Source of the DNA: an uncultured Solirubrobacteraceae bacterium
GTDB lineage: Bacteria; Actinomycetota; Thermoleophilia; Solirubrobacterales; Solirubrobacteraceae
Reading direction: 5' to 3'
DNA: 64,000 nt
Assembly (NCBI GenBank): GCA_963775385.1
Contig: CAVZIR010000003.1
Span: forward strand, 3,218,934-3,282,933
The position numbers were made by a program, and so were the translations under genes. The notes beneath the pieces were generated by a model. The model saw nothing but the letters and a program-made list of their open reading frames with translations, searched no databases and was not told the origin of the DNA. Shown piece after piece: positions 1 through 8,501 of the stretch (positions within the stretch are counted from its first letter, which is position 1; each line of letters opens with the position of its first letter).

Positions 1-34
1 AAGAACCATGTTGCCCATGCAACATCGCTATCTG

Positions 35-50
35 TGTGACATCGCTCACA
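35..50. promoter_or_regulatory. Perfect CRP/FNR-type palindrome TGTGA-N6-TCACA
   Basis: TGTGAcatcgcTCACA in an AT-richer non-coding stretch; the target gene may lie outside the window. Confidence 0.55.
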
Positions 51-374
51 TATGGGGCTTCTCTGTACAAGCCGGTCCTTGCTTGACACATATCAGGTGA
101 TCGGTTTAGATGCCCGACGGCCGTCGGGGAGAGTGCGGAGGAGAGATACGACTTTCCGCCAGAGCAAGTGCTGCGTTCCCCGGCGGCCTACGCTTCTGTG
201 CGGGTTGTGACGCGCTGCCGACGTTCTCGGCGTCGTCGGCCGTGATCTCGCTGAGCGTAGGAAGGCCCTCGGCCTCCAGCGCGGCGTCCAACGCCTTGGC
301 CGGCTGCGGTTCGGAAAATGAGCGGCAGCACCCTGCGAGGGGTTGTCAGCGACCTTCGGGATACTAAGAACGCG

Positions 375-773
375 ATGTCGCAGCAGAACGTCGAGCTCGT
401 GCTCCGTGGCGTCGCCGCGATGAATCGGGGCGACCCGGAGGCCTTCAGCGCGCTGTGTGCCGCCCAGTTCGAGATGCGCCTCGTGGGCGCCGTCGGCGAG
501 CCCGTGAGCTACGTGGGCGCGGATGCCGTGTTCCAGTTCTTCCGCGACATGGGTGAGAGCTGGGCAGACTGGGGATTCGAGGTCGAAGAGGCGCGTGATC
601 TCGATCCCCACGTGCTGATCACGGGCAGGCAGCGCGGCCGCGGGCGCGTGAGCGGGGTGGAGGTCGACTCGCCGCGAGCCTGTGTCATCGCGGTTCGCGA
701 CGGCGCGGTGACCGAGCTTCGGTACTTCACCGAGCCTGCCGAAGCCCTCGAAGCCGTGGGCCTAGCGGAGTAG
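375..773 (+). CDS. SnoaL-like/NTF2 family protein
   Basis: MSQQNVELVLRG start; 'RGRGRVSGVEV...VRDGAV' pattern typical of this family. Confidence 0.85.
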   Translation: MSQQNVELVLRGVAAMNRGDPEAFSALCAAQFEMRLVGAVGEPVSYVGADAVFQFFRDMGESWADWGFEVEEARDLDPHVLITGRQRGRGRVSGVEVDSPRACVIAVRDGAVTELRYFTEPAEALEAVGLAE

Positions 774-809
774 TCCTGGCGGGTTTCGCTGGGAAGCGGG
801 CACAGGGCT

Positions 810-917
810 TCAACGGCGCCGCTGCGCCCACGACAAGAAGCCGAGCAGGATCAGGACGGCGGCAGCGGTGATCAGGACGGGGTGTTCGGCGACCAGGTAG
901 CCATCGCTGCCGCGCAT
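810..917 (-). CDS. Small membrane protein (35 aa)
   Basis: MRGSDGYLVAEHPVLITAAAVLILLGFLSWAQRRR, single TM plus basic tail. Confidence 0.4.
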   Translation of the reverse strand: MRGSDGYLVAEHPVLITAAAVLILLGFLSWAQRRR

Positions 918-980
918 GCGTTGCTCATCGGCCTGTTCGCGGCGAAGAGGTAGGGCGAGGGGCCCGGCAGGCGCGCCACG

Positions 981-996
981 TGTCACATCGCTGACA
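981..996. promoter_or_regulatory. Palindrome TGTCA-N6-TGACA between divergent small genes
   Basis: TGTCAcatcgcTGACA, same CATCGC spacer as the site at 35-50. Confidence 0.45.
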
Positions 997-1031
997 GTCT
1001 GTTCCGGCCCGAACGCGGGTAGTGAGCACCG

Positions 1032-1289
1032 ATGCACTTCAAAGAAGCCCTCCGAATCGCCGCCCACCACACCGGCCTGGCCGGCGGACCCGACGCTCGG
1101 CTCAACCCCCTGGCGCTGCCGATCGCGCTCGGCGCAGTGATCATGGTCATGAGCCTGCTCGATCCCTCGTTCTTCCTCCTCGGCGCCGCCCTGTGGCTCT
1201 ATGGCGCCGGGGCCGCTGCCGTCGGCGCGTTCGCGCGGCGGCGCCAGAACGGGCTCGACCGGCGCCGCTCGGGCATGCGCGCGAGCTGA
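1032..1289 (+). CDS. Hypothetical two-TM membrane protein
   Basis: 85-aa ORF, two hydrophobic segments, GC3-rich codons. Confidence 0.6.
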   Translation: MHFKEALRIAAHHTGLAGGPDARLNPLALPIALGAVIMVMSLLDPSFFLLGAALWLYGAGAAAVGAFARRRQNGLDRRRSGMRAS

Positions 1290-1375
1290 CGGCCGCCCCC
1301 GCGGGGACTGGCCGGCGCGCCAGTCCCCCTGCAGCCCTGCCGAGGCCAACCGCCGTGTGCAAGGGTTCCGGGGTG

Positions 1376-2197
1376 ATGGTCAAGCGGCGCCTGGACACAC
1401 TGCTGGCCGAACGCGGCCTGTTCCCGTCCAGGACCAGGGCGGCGGCTTCGGTGATGGCCGGCGAGGTTCGCGTCGGCCGCGGCGGCCGCCGCGCCGAGAA
1501 GCCAGGGGAGATGGTCGACGCCGAGGAGGTGCTCGAGGTCTCGGAGCGTCCCGCCTTCGTCTCGCGGGGCGGCATCAAGCTCGCCAACGCGCTCGACGCG
1601 ACGGCGATCGAGATCGAGGGTCGGCGCGCGCTTGACGCGGGCGCCTCGACGGGAGGCTTCACCGACTGCCTGCTGCAGCGCGGCGCGCGTGAGGTGATCG
1701 CCGTCGACGTCGGCTACGGCGTGCTCGACTACGCCCTGCGCAACGATCACCGCGTTCAGGTGCTCGAGCGCACCAACGCGCGCGCCCTGAAGCCAGAGGC
1801 GCTGCCGGCGCCGCGCAGCGGGCCCGACGAGCTGCCATCGCTGGCGGTGATCGACGTCTCGTTCATCTCGCTCGAGAAGGTGCTCGGGCCCGTGATCTCC
1901 TGTCTCTCGCCGAGCCACGACGTGCTCGCGCTCGTCAAGCCGCAGTTCGAGGTCGGCCGCGAACGTGTGGGGAAGGGGGGAGTCGTCCGCGACCCCGACG
2001 CCCGCCGTGACGCTCTGGTGGCCGTCGGCGCAGCCGCGCTCGCCCTGGGCGAGGCGGTGCTCGGGTATCGCTCCTCCGGCCTGCCCGGGCCGAAGGGCAA
2101 CCGCGAGACGTTCATCTGGCTCGCCGAGAGCGGCCGCGAGAGCGGAACCCGGGATGCCGCTGAGCTGGATGCCCTCGCGCGGGAGGTCGAGCCATGA
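1376..2197 (+). CDS. tlyA: TlyA rRNA 2'-O-methyltransferase
   Basis: S4-like RLDTLL, FVSRGGIKL, DAGASTGGFTD, DVSFISL, LVKPQFE. Confidence 0.95.
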   Translation: MVKRRLDTLLAERGLFPSRTRAAASVMAGEVRVGRGGRRAEKPGEMVDAEEVLEVSERPAFVSRGGIKLANALDATAIEIEGRRALDAGASTGGFTDCLLQRGAREVIAVDVGYGVLDYALRNDHRVQVLERTNARALKPEALPAPRSGPDELPSLAVIDVSFISLEKVLGPVISCLSPSHDVLALVKPQFEVGRERVGKGGVVRDPDARRDALVAVGAAALALGEAVLGYRSSGLPGPKGNRETFIWLAESGRESGTRDAAELDALAREVEP

Positions 2198-3042
2198 GGC
2201 AGATCACCGTCCTCACCCATCGGGACCCCGAGGACATCGCGACGGCCCTTTCGGAGCTGCTCTCGCAGGCAGCCGATGCGGGCATCGCGCTGCGCTTCGA
2301 CCCCGAAGAGACCGCCAAGCTCCGCCTGCAGCCGGCCGAGGGGCTGGTGCTCGACGCGCCGATCGAGCGCGACGTCGAGCTGTGCGTGGCGCTCGGCGGC
2401 GACGGCACGATCCTGCGCGCGCTCCAGCACTACGCCGGGACCGGCGTGCCCGTGTTCGCCATCAACTACGGCGAGGTCGGATTCCTGGCGACCGTGGAGC
2501 CCGACGACCTGCACGGAGCGGTGGGCCGCGCGCTGCGCGGGGAGTTCGAGCTGCTGCACCTGCCCGCGATCACGGTGGAGCTTCCCGATGGCGGGCCCCT
2601 GCACGCCATGAACGACCTTGCGATCACACGCAAAGTCGGCGATCGCGTCGCCGAGCTGGCCTATTCGCTGGACGGCGAGGAGGCGGGGAGCGTGCGCTGC
2701 GACGGGCTCGTCGTCGCGACCCCGGCCGGCTCCACGGGCTACAACCTCGCCAACGGCGGACCGGTCATGGCCTGGGGGGTGGAAGGCCTCGTCGTCTCGT
2801 TCATCGCGCCGCATTCGATGACCGCGCGGGCGCTCGTGGTCGCGCCGGGGGACCGCATCAGCATCCGCACCGGGACGCGCCAGCCGCTCGACGTCGCCGT
2901 CGACGGGCGCCCGGCCGGCGCGGTGGCGCCCGGGGCGATCATCCACGCCCGGTTCGTCAAAGACCTCGGCACGCTGGCGCAGCTGCCGGGCACCTCGTTC
3001 TACAGGCGCCTGCGCGAGAAGTTCGGCCGGCTGGCGAGCTGA
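2194..3042 (+). CDS. nadK: NAD kinase
   Basis: GGDGT, ND, DGLVVATPAGSTGYNL motifs; ATGA overlap with tlyA. Confidence 0.95.
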   Translation: MRQITVLTHRDPEDIATALSELLSQAADAGIALRFDPEETAKLRLQPAEGLVLDAPIERDVELCVALGGDGTILRALQHYAGTGVPVFAINYGEVGFLATVEPDDLHGAVGRALRGEFELLHLPAITVELPDGGPLHAMNDLAITRKVGDRVAELAYSLDGEEAGSVRCDGLVVATPAGSTGYNLANGGPVMAWGVEGLVVSFIAPHSMTARALVVAPGDRISIRTGTRQPLDVAVDGRPAGAVAPGAIIHARFVKDLGTLAQLPGTSFYRRLREKFGRLAS

Positions 3043-3048
3043 GGGCGC

Positions 3049-3300
3049 TCAGGCGACGCGTGCGTCGCCCGTGTTCGCGTGCACGTCCTCGGCGGTGCGC
3101 GGGCCTTCGGTCATCGAGGTGATGAAGTTGTCGAGCTGGGCGCGCGAGAAGCGGCGCTGGCCGCCGGGGGTGCGATAGCACGCGATGTGGCCGGCGTCGG
3201 TCCAGCGGCGGATCGTCGCGAGCGACACGCCGAGGTACAGCGCAGCCTGGGAGCTCGTGAAGACGAGCCTGCGGTCGTTCGGTGTGGTGGTCGTGGGCAT
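3049..3300 (-). CDS. BldC-like/excisionase-type HTH DNA-binding protein
   Basis: FTSSQAALYLGVSLATIRRWTDAG..CYRTPGGQRRF, closely resembling the BldC/HTH_17 signature. Confidence 0.85.
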   Translation of the reverse strand: MPTTTTPNDRRLVFTSSQAALYLGVSLATIRRWTDAGHIACYRTPGGQRRFSRAQLDNFITSMTEGPRTAEDVHANTGDARVA

Positions 3301-3584
3301 TCGGGCCTCGATCGTGTCGTCGGGGGCGGCGGTATGCCTCCCGGGTCGCCTCTGTTTCGTCACATCGCGCCGCGAACTTGAGCGCCGCGCAGGTTTGTGG
3401 ACGTTTTCGGCGGCCCGGGACGGGAAGTGTCGCGTTGGCGAGAGAGGGCCGCCCGCATTCGGCGCCCGCGGCCCGTCTCCTTCCCGGGCGGCGCCCGCGA
3501 GGCGCGGCGCCGCCGAGCCGGCGACGGCGCGATCTCAGTGCCGGAGCCAAAGGCGCCCGTCCCGGCGGGCGTTGCGGGAAATGG

Positions 3585-3610
3585 TGTGCATCTGCAACCA
3601 ATCCTGCACA
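3585..3610. promoter_or_regulatory. Inverted repeat TGTGCA-N14-TGCACA, candidate operator
   Basis: Arms 3585-3590 and 3605-3610, ending 13 bp upstream of the putative -35 box. Confidence 0.45.
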
Positions 3611-3623
3611 AAGGTCGGAAAGC

Positions 3624-3653
3624 TGGACATTTCGCCTATCCCTGCGCTACTCT
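3624..3653 (+). promoter_or_regulatory. Sigma70-type promoter of the micropeptide unit
   Basis: -35 TGGACA (3624-3629), 18-bp spacer, -10 TACTCT (3648-3653). Confidence 0.55.
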
Positions 3654-3748
3654 CCCAGAACCTACTCATCTGTAGGGGCTGTCGCTAGGGACGGAGACAG
3701 CCGGAATCCCCGGCTTGCGTACGGGGCCGGAGAAATTAGGAGGAAGAC

Positions 3749-3781
3749 GTGGAAAACTACTCCAGGAACTACTCCAGGTAG
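3749..3781 (+). CDS. Micropeptide MENYSRNYSR (10 aa)
   Basis: AGGAGG at 3738-3743, GTG GAA AAC TAC TCC AGG AAC TAC TCC AGG TAG; own promoter and terminator. Confidence 0.6.
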   Translation: MENYSRNYSR

Positions 3782-3785
3782 CTTT

Positions 3786-3812
3786 CAAAAAGGCCGGAGC
3801 ATGCGGCCTTTC
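3786..3812. terminator. Probable bidirectional intrinsic terminator
   Basis: AAAGGCCG-gagcatg-CGGCCTTT hairpin between the convergent peptide and HD-GYP genes. Confidence 0.65.
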
Positions 3813-3884
3813 GAGGACGTCCGACGCACGGTGAGGAGACTCGCCTGCCGGGCGTCCTCGCGTGTTAACCAGCTGGTCTCCGGG

Positions 3885-5267
3885 TCAGGAGCGTTCGGCG
3901 GCGACCATCTTGCGAACGCGCGCGGCCAGGTCCAGCTCCGTCGCGTGGTCGCCCGCGGGCGCCTCCAGGAGCGCCGGGCCCTCACGCTCGATCATCGCGA
4001 CGAACCTCTCGACGAGCTCGGCGTCGAGCTGCCGGCCGGCGATGTTCCGCAGCTCGGCCAGCGCGTCCTCCACGGACATCCGCGGGCCGTTGGTTTCGCG
4101 CGAGGTCATCGTGTCGAAGGTCGAGCAGATCGCGATGATGCGCGAGGCGAGCGGGATCTCGGAGGCGATCAGCCCCACCGGGTAGCCGCCGCCGTCGACG
4201 CGCTCGTGGTGGTAGAGGATCGCGTCGGCGACCGGCCCGTAGCCGTCGAGCTTGCCGACCAGCGTGGCACCGTCCTGAGGGTGGCGGCGGATCACCTCCC
4301 AGTCGGCGTCCGAGAGCTGCTCGGGGTGCAGGATGCGGTCTGACCAGGTGAACTTGCCGATGTCGTGCAGCAGCGCGGCGGTCTGCACGACCTCGCGCTC
4401 CTCTTCGTCGACATCGAGCTCGATCGCCAGCGCGCGGGCGTAGCGCGCCACGGCGGTCGCGTGACGGCTCGTCTCGGCGTCGCGCAGCGCGAGCGCGTCC
4501 ATCAGCATCGAGAGCACCCCGAGCTGCATGTTCGCAAGGTGGATGCTGCGCGCCTCGAGCTTTTCCGCGCGCTCCTCCGAGCGCAGCAGGGCGCCGATCA
4601 GGTAGTGGAAGATGCCCAGCACCAGCACACCGCAGAGGAGCACGAGCGTGCCGAGGTTGGTGTAGGCGACCGCCAGCAGGGCCGCGAGCACCGCGGAGGC
4701 CAGGTGGCCCGGGATCAGGGGCACGAAGGCGTCGCGGAACTGGCGGCGCAGCGAGCTGCCGTCTTCGATGCGCACATCGATCGCGATCACGGCGAAGTTG
4801 ACGAGGATCGTGATCAGCGAGACCGCGAAGACCAGCAGCCCGAACGTCGCCCCGACGACGGCCGCGTGGTTGTGCGGGTCGCTGACAGGTCCGACGACCA
4901 TCCTCATGATCAGCCCGCCCACCAGGCCGCAGGCGCCGAGGGCGGTCAGGTTGGCGAGCCACTGCGACGCGGGCAGCCGCCGCAGGGCGGATTTGGCGAT
5001 CGCGGCCGTCAGCCCGAAGACGACGGCAGGCGCCGGGCCGAGCAGGCACATCGCGAGCACCATCGCGCTGTGCGCGGGGGTCAGCAGCCCGTCGCGGACG
5101 ACCGAGCTCATGCGGTCGCCGGCCAGGTAGATGCCCGCGAGGATCGCGACCAGCAGGAACGGGCGCCACTGATCGGGAGACGAGAGGGCGACCGCGAGCA
5201 GCGATGCGCCGAGGAGCGCGGACTCGACGATCCACCACGAAGTTCGGATGACGACGGCGGATTTCAT
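3885..5267 (-). CDS. Polytopic membrane HD-GYP domain protein
   Basis: ~7 N-terminal TM segments; LLHDIGK, RRHPQDG, HHERVDGGGYP motifs. Confidence 0.9.
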   Translation of the reverse strand: MKSAVVIRTSWWIVESALLGASLLAVALSSPDQWRPFLLVAILAGIYLAGDRMSSVVRDGLLTPAHSAMVLAMCLLGPAPAVVFGLTAAIAKSALRRLPASQWLANLTALGACGLVGGLIMRMVVGPVSDPHNHAAVVGATFGLLVFAVSLITILVNFAVIAIDVRIEDGSSLRRQFRDAFVPLIPGHLASAVLAALLAVAYTNLGTLVLLCGVLVLGIFHYLIGALLRSEERAEKLEARSIHLANMQLGVLSMLMDALALRDAETSRHATAVARYARALAIELDVDEEEREVVQTAALLHDIGKFTWSDRILHPEQLSDADWEVIRRHPQDGATLVGKLDGYGPVADAILYHHERVDGGGYPVGLIASEIPLASRIIAICSTFDTMTSRETNGPRMSVEDALAELRNIAGRQLDAELVERFVAMIEREGPALLEAPAGDHATELDLAARVRKMVAAERS

Positions 5268-5370
5268 CCCTGTCGTCCTTAACGACCGTCGAGGAGTGGT
5301 ACTTAAGGGGCAACTTGGTGCTATAGCGCCAAGCGGGGCGGGGAAACCGGTCAGGAGGAGATCGGGCAGC

Positions 5371-6609
5371 TCAGGTGAGGGTCTTCTCGGCGGCGAGCGG
5401 CTCCGTCGCGGCGCCTCCGAAGCGCACGCGGGCGAACACTGCTGCGGTCAGCGCGGCGCCCCCGCCGACCACAGCGAAGGCGAACCGCGGCGAGCCGATG
5501 ACGACGAGCACGCCGCCGAGCGCGAGCCCGATCGCAGGGGTGACCGCGCTGATCGATTCGAGCAGCCCCATCACCCGGCCCTGCAGCGACGGCGGCGTGA
5601 GGCGCTGAACGCCGCTGATCACCGGGGCGTACTGCACGCCGTTGCCGATCCCGCCGACGACGGCCGCGAACGCGGCGAGGGCGAGCGTCGGGGCGATCGC
5701 AAAGCCGATGTAGCCGCACCCGATCGCGAGCGTGCCACCGACCAGCAGCACCGTCAGGCTGCGGGTGCCGGCGCGCGCGAAGATGATGCTGCCGAGCACC
5801 ACGCCGACGCCCCACGCGGTCACGAGCAGCCCGTAGCCGCCGTCCCCCGCGACGAGCGTGCGCTTGACGTAGACGACCTCGATCGGCACCGCCGACTCGA
5901 AGAAGATCAGCCCGACGCCCTGGGCCACCAGCAGGGTCAGCAGCGCCCGCTCGCCGCGCACGTAGCGCCAGGCGGCGCGCACGCGCGCCCGCACCGATTC
6001 GCCGCCCGCTTCCTCGACGTGAGGGTGCAGGTCGAGCAGCAGCGTCCCCGAGATCGCGAAGGAGACCACGTCGACGAAGAGGGCCGCGGCGGCGCCCGCC
6101 GAAGCCACGAGGAGGCCCGCCAGGATCGGGCCGAGCACGAACGTCAGCGAGAAGACGACGTTCAGCGCGGCGTTGGCGTGCTGTTCGGCCGCGTGGGGAT
6201 CGTCGGGGTCGGCGATCTCGCGGTTGGCGGCGGCCGCCAGCTCCGTGCGCAGCAGGGCGTTGGCCGCGAGCGCGGCCGTGCCGTCCACGGCCACGAGCAG
6301 GAGGATCGCGGGCAGCCAGAAGTGGGAGAGCAGGACGGCGACCGCACCGATCGCGACGGCCTCGATATACAGCAGGCCGCTGAGCTCGTGGCGCCCTTTC
6401 GAGGCCTCGACGCGGGCGATCACCGCCGGCACGATGAAGGCCGGCAGCACCTGGGCGGCGATCAGGACCGCCGCGACGTCGAGCGCGCTGTGGGTGTGGT
6501 CATAGACCGCGAGCGCCAGCGCGACCGTGCCGAACCATGTCCCGAGGCGGTTGATGCCGTACGCCACCACGATGCGGCGCAGGCGCGGGTTTGCCAGGAC
6601 GGCTCTCAC
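5371..6609 (-). CDS. MFS transporter (DHA3/MefA-like)
   Basis: 412 aa, about 12 TM, QRLTPPSLQGRVMG motif. Confidence 0.85.
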   Translation of the reverse strand: MRAVLANPRLRRIVVAYGINRLGTWFGTVALALAVYDHTHSALDVAAVLIAAQVLPAFIVPAVIARVEASKGRHELSGLLYIEAVAIGAVAVLLSHFWLPAILLLVAVDGTAALAANALLRTELAAAANREIADPDDPHAAEQHANAALNVVFSLTFVLGPILAGLLVASAGAAAALFVDVVSFAISGTLLLDLHPHVEEAGGESVRARVRAAWRYVRGERALLTLLVAQGVGLIFFESAVPIEVVYVKRTLVAGDGGYGLLVTAWGVGVVLGSIIFARAGTRSLTVLLVGGTLAIGCGYIGFAIAPTLALAAFAAVVGGIGNGVQYAPVISGVQRLTPPSLQGRVMGLLESISAVTPAIGLALGGVLVVIGSPRFAFAVVGGGAALTAAVFARVRFGGAATEPLAAEKTLT

Positions 6610-6708
6610 GGGCCGCGACCGTACAGGCTGGCCGGGAGGTCTGTCGACAGTTGCACCCCCGTTGGCACGCGCTCACATTTCGGCGACGGGCTGCCGATAC
6701 GTTGCCTG

Positions 6709-7368
6709 ATGGCGCTCCCTCAGCCCGAAAGTTCCGCGAGCCCGACGACGGTGATCATCGCCGACGACCACACGGTGGTCCGCGACGGCATCCGCGCCGT
6801 GCTCGAGCGTGAGGGCGGCGAGTACGAAGTCGTCGCCGAAGCCGCCGACATCCCTTCGATGGTCCGGCTGGTGCGCGAGCACAAGCCCGACCTCCTGACG
6901 CTCGACCTGACGATGCCGGGCGGGTCGAGCCTCGGCGCGCTGCCGTCGTGCTTCATCGCGCACCCCACGATGGCGGTGGCGATCCTCACGATGCGCGAGG
7001 ACCCCGAGTACGCGCGCCAGGCGCTGCGGGCCGGGGCGCGCTCCTACGTGCTCAAGGAGGCCGAGCCGGCCGAGCTGCTGCAGGCGTTCCGCCTCGCCGT
7101 GGCCGGCGGCAACTACCTGCACCCGCGCCTCGGCGCGCTGATGGCGGCCGGCGAAGAGCCGGGCGGCGACAGCGTCGTGCTCTCAGACCGCGAGCGCGAG
7201 GTCGTGCGGCTGATCGCCAACGGCTACACGAACCCTGAGATCGCCGACAAGCTGAACGTGGCGGAGCGGACCGTGAAGACCTACCGCGCGCGGGCGATCG
7301 AGAAGCTGGGCTTCTCCTCGCGGGCGGAGATCACGGCTTACGTGCGCAAGGTCGGGCTGGCGGACTAG
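6709..7368 (+). CDS. NarL/LuxR family response regulator
   Basis: IADDHTVVRDG, LDLTMPG receiver; LSDREREV...TVKTY HTH. Confidence 0.92.
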   Translation: MALPQPESSASPTTVIIADDHTVVRDGIRAVLEREGGEYEVVAEAADIPSMVRLVREHKPDLLTLDLTMPGGSSLGALPSCFIAHPTMAVAILTMREDPEYARQALRAGARSYVLKEAEPAELLQAFRLAVAGGNYLHPRLGALMAAGEEPGGDSVVLSDREREVVRLIANGYTNPEIADKLNVAERTVKTYRARAIEKLGFSSRAEITAYVRKVGLAD

Positions 7369-7487
7369 CGCGTGAGCGAACGCGCGCCCGCGAACACCAC
7401 CGCAGCCAAGACAGCCACTATCCGTCTCACCCGAAAAGCCTGACTGCCGGAACAGTCGCGGCACGGGGACGGCGTAGCCTGCATTCC

Positions 7488-8501
7488 ATGGCTTCCGCGC
7501 CGCTCCCGGTCCCCGGCCACAAGCTCGAGGGCATCTCTCCGCAGGCCTTCCAGCACCCGGCCGACCGCGCGGCCACTTCCGCCCTCGCCTCGATCCCCTA
7601 CATCGACCAGGTCGTCCGCAAGGTCATCGAGCTGGGCTACGAGCGCGCCCTGCGCCAGAGCTTCCTCGGCTCGGCGGTGCGGCTCTCCGAGGAGCAGCTC
7701 GCCGACGTCTGGCGCGAGCATGCGATCGCCTACGCGACGCTCGACATGGCCGAGGTCCCCGACCTCTACCTCACCCAGTACCCCAGCCCGAATGCGATGG
7801 CGATCGGCTCCAAGAAGCCGATGGTGGTGGTCCAGTCAGAGCTCGTGCGGCTGCTCGATCCGCCGCAGCGCCGGGCGGTGTTCGCGCACGAGGCGGCGCA
7901 CATCCTCGCCGACCACATGCTCTACCGCACCGCGCTCGTGATCCTCGTTCTCCTCGGTCGCAGCGCGCGCCTGCCACTTCCTCTGATGCCCGTGCGCACC
8001 GCGCTGCTGGAGTGGGGCCGGGCGACCGAGCTGAGCGCCGACCGCGCGGCGGCGCTCGTCACCCGCGACCCGCTCGCCGTCTGCCGCACGCTGATGTCGC
8101 TCGCCGGCGGGGCGATGGTCTCAGAGCTCGATCTCGACGTGTTCATGCGCCAGGGGCTCGACTACTCCGAGCAGCCCGGGATCATCGAGCGCTTCACGCG
8201 CCTCACGCTCGAGCTGGGCGTCACCCACCCGCTCCCGGTCAAGCGCACCCACGAGCTGATGGCGTGGGTGCGCTCCGGCGAGTTCGACCGCATCGTCGGC
8301 TCGGGGGAGTACCACCGGCGCGGCGACCCCCTCGACGCGCGCACCGAGGGCGGGGAGGCCGTCTCCTTCTACTCCGACCGCATCCGCGACGCGTTCCGCG
8401 ACGCCGGGGAGTCGATCGGCGGCGCGGGGCAGCAGCTCGCGGACTGGCTGCGAAAGCCGCGCGGAAGCGAGGACGAGGAGCAGGAGGGCGGGGAGGGCTA
8501 G
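7488..8501 (+). CDS. M48 family zinc metallopeptidase
   Basis: PNAMA, HEAAH, ELSADR, THPLPVKR motifs. Confidence 0.9.
   Translation: MASAPLPVPGHKLEGISPQAFQHPADRAATSALASIPYIDQVVRKVIELGYERALRQSFLGSAVRLSEEQLADVWREHAIAYATLDMAEVPDLYLTQYPSPNAMAIGSKKPMVVVQSELVRLLDPPQRRAVFAHEAAHILADHMLYRTALVILVLLGRSARLPLPLMPVRTALLEWGRATELSADRAAALVTRDPLAVCRTLMSLAGGAMVSELDLDVFMRQGLDYSEQPGIIERFTRLTLELGVTHPLPVKRTHELMAWVRSGEFDRIVGSGEYHRRGDPLDARTEGGEAVSFYSDRIRDAFRDAGESIGGAGQQLADWLRKPRGSEDEEQEGGEG

Noticed and set aside
106-291. 61-aa minus-strand ORF in lower-GC DNA
   Set aside because: No RBS or recognisable motif; at most a remnant
3049-3300. Excisionase marking an integrated element
   Set aside because: No integrase or att site nearby; better match to BldC-like regulators
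3749-3781. Attenuator leader peptide (rare AGG codons)
   Set aside because: No downstream gene on the + strand; the next gene is convergent
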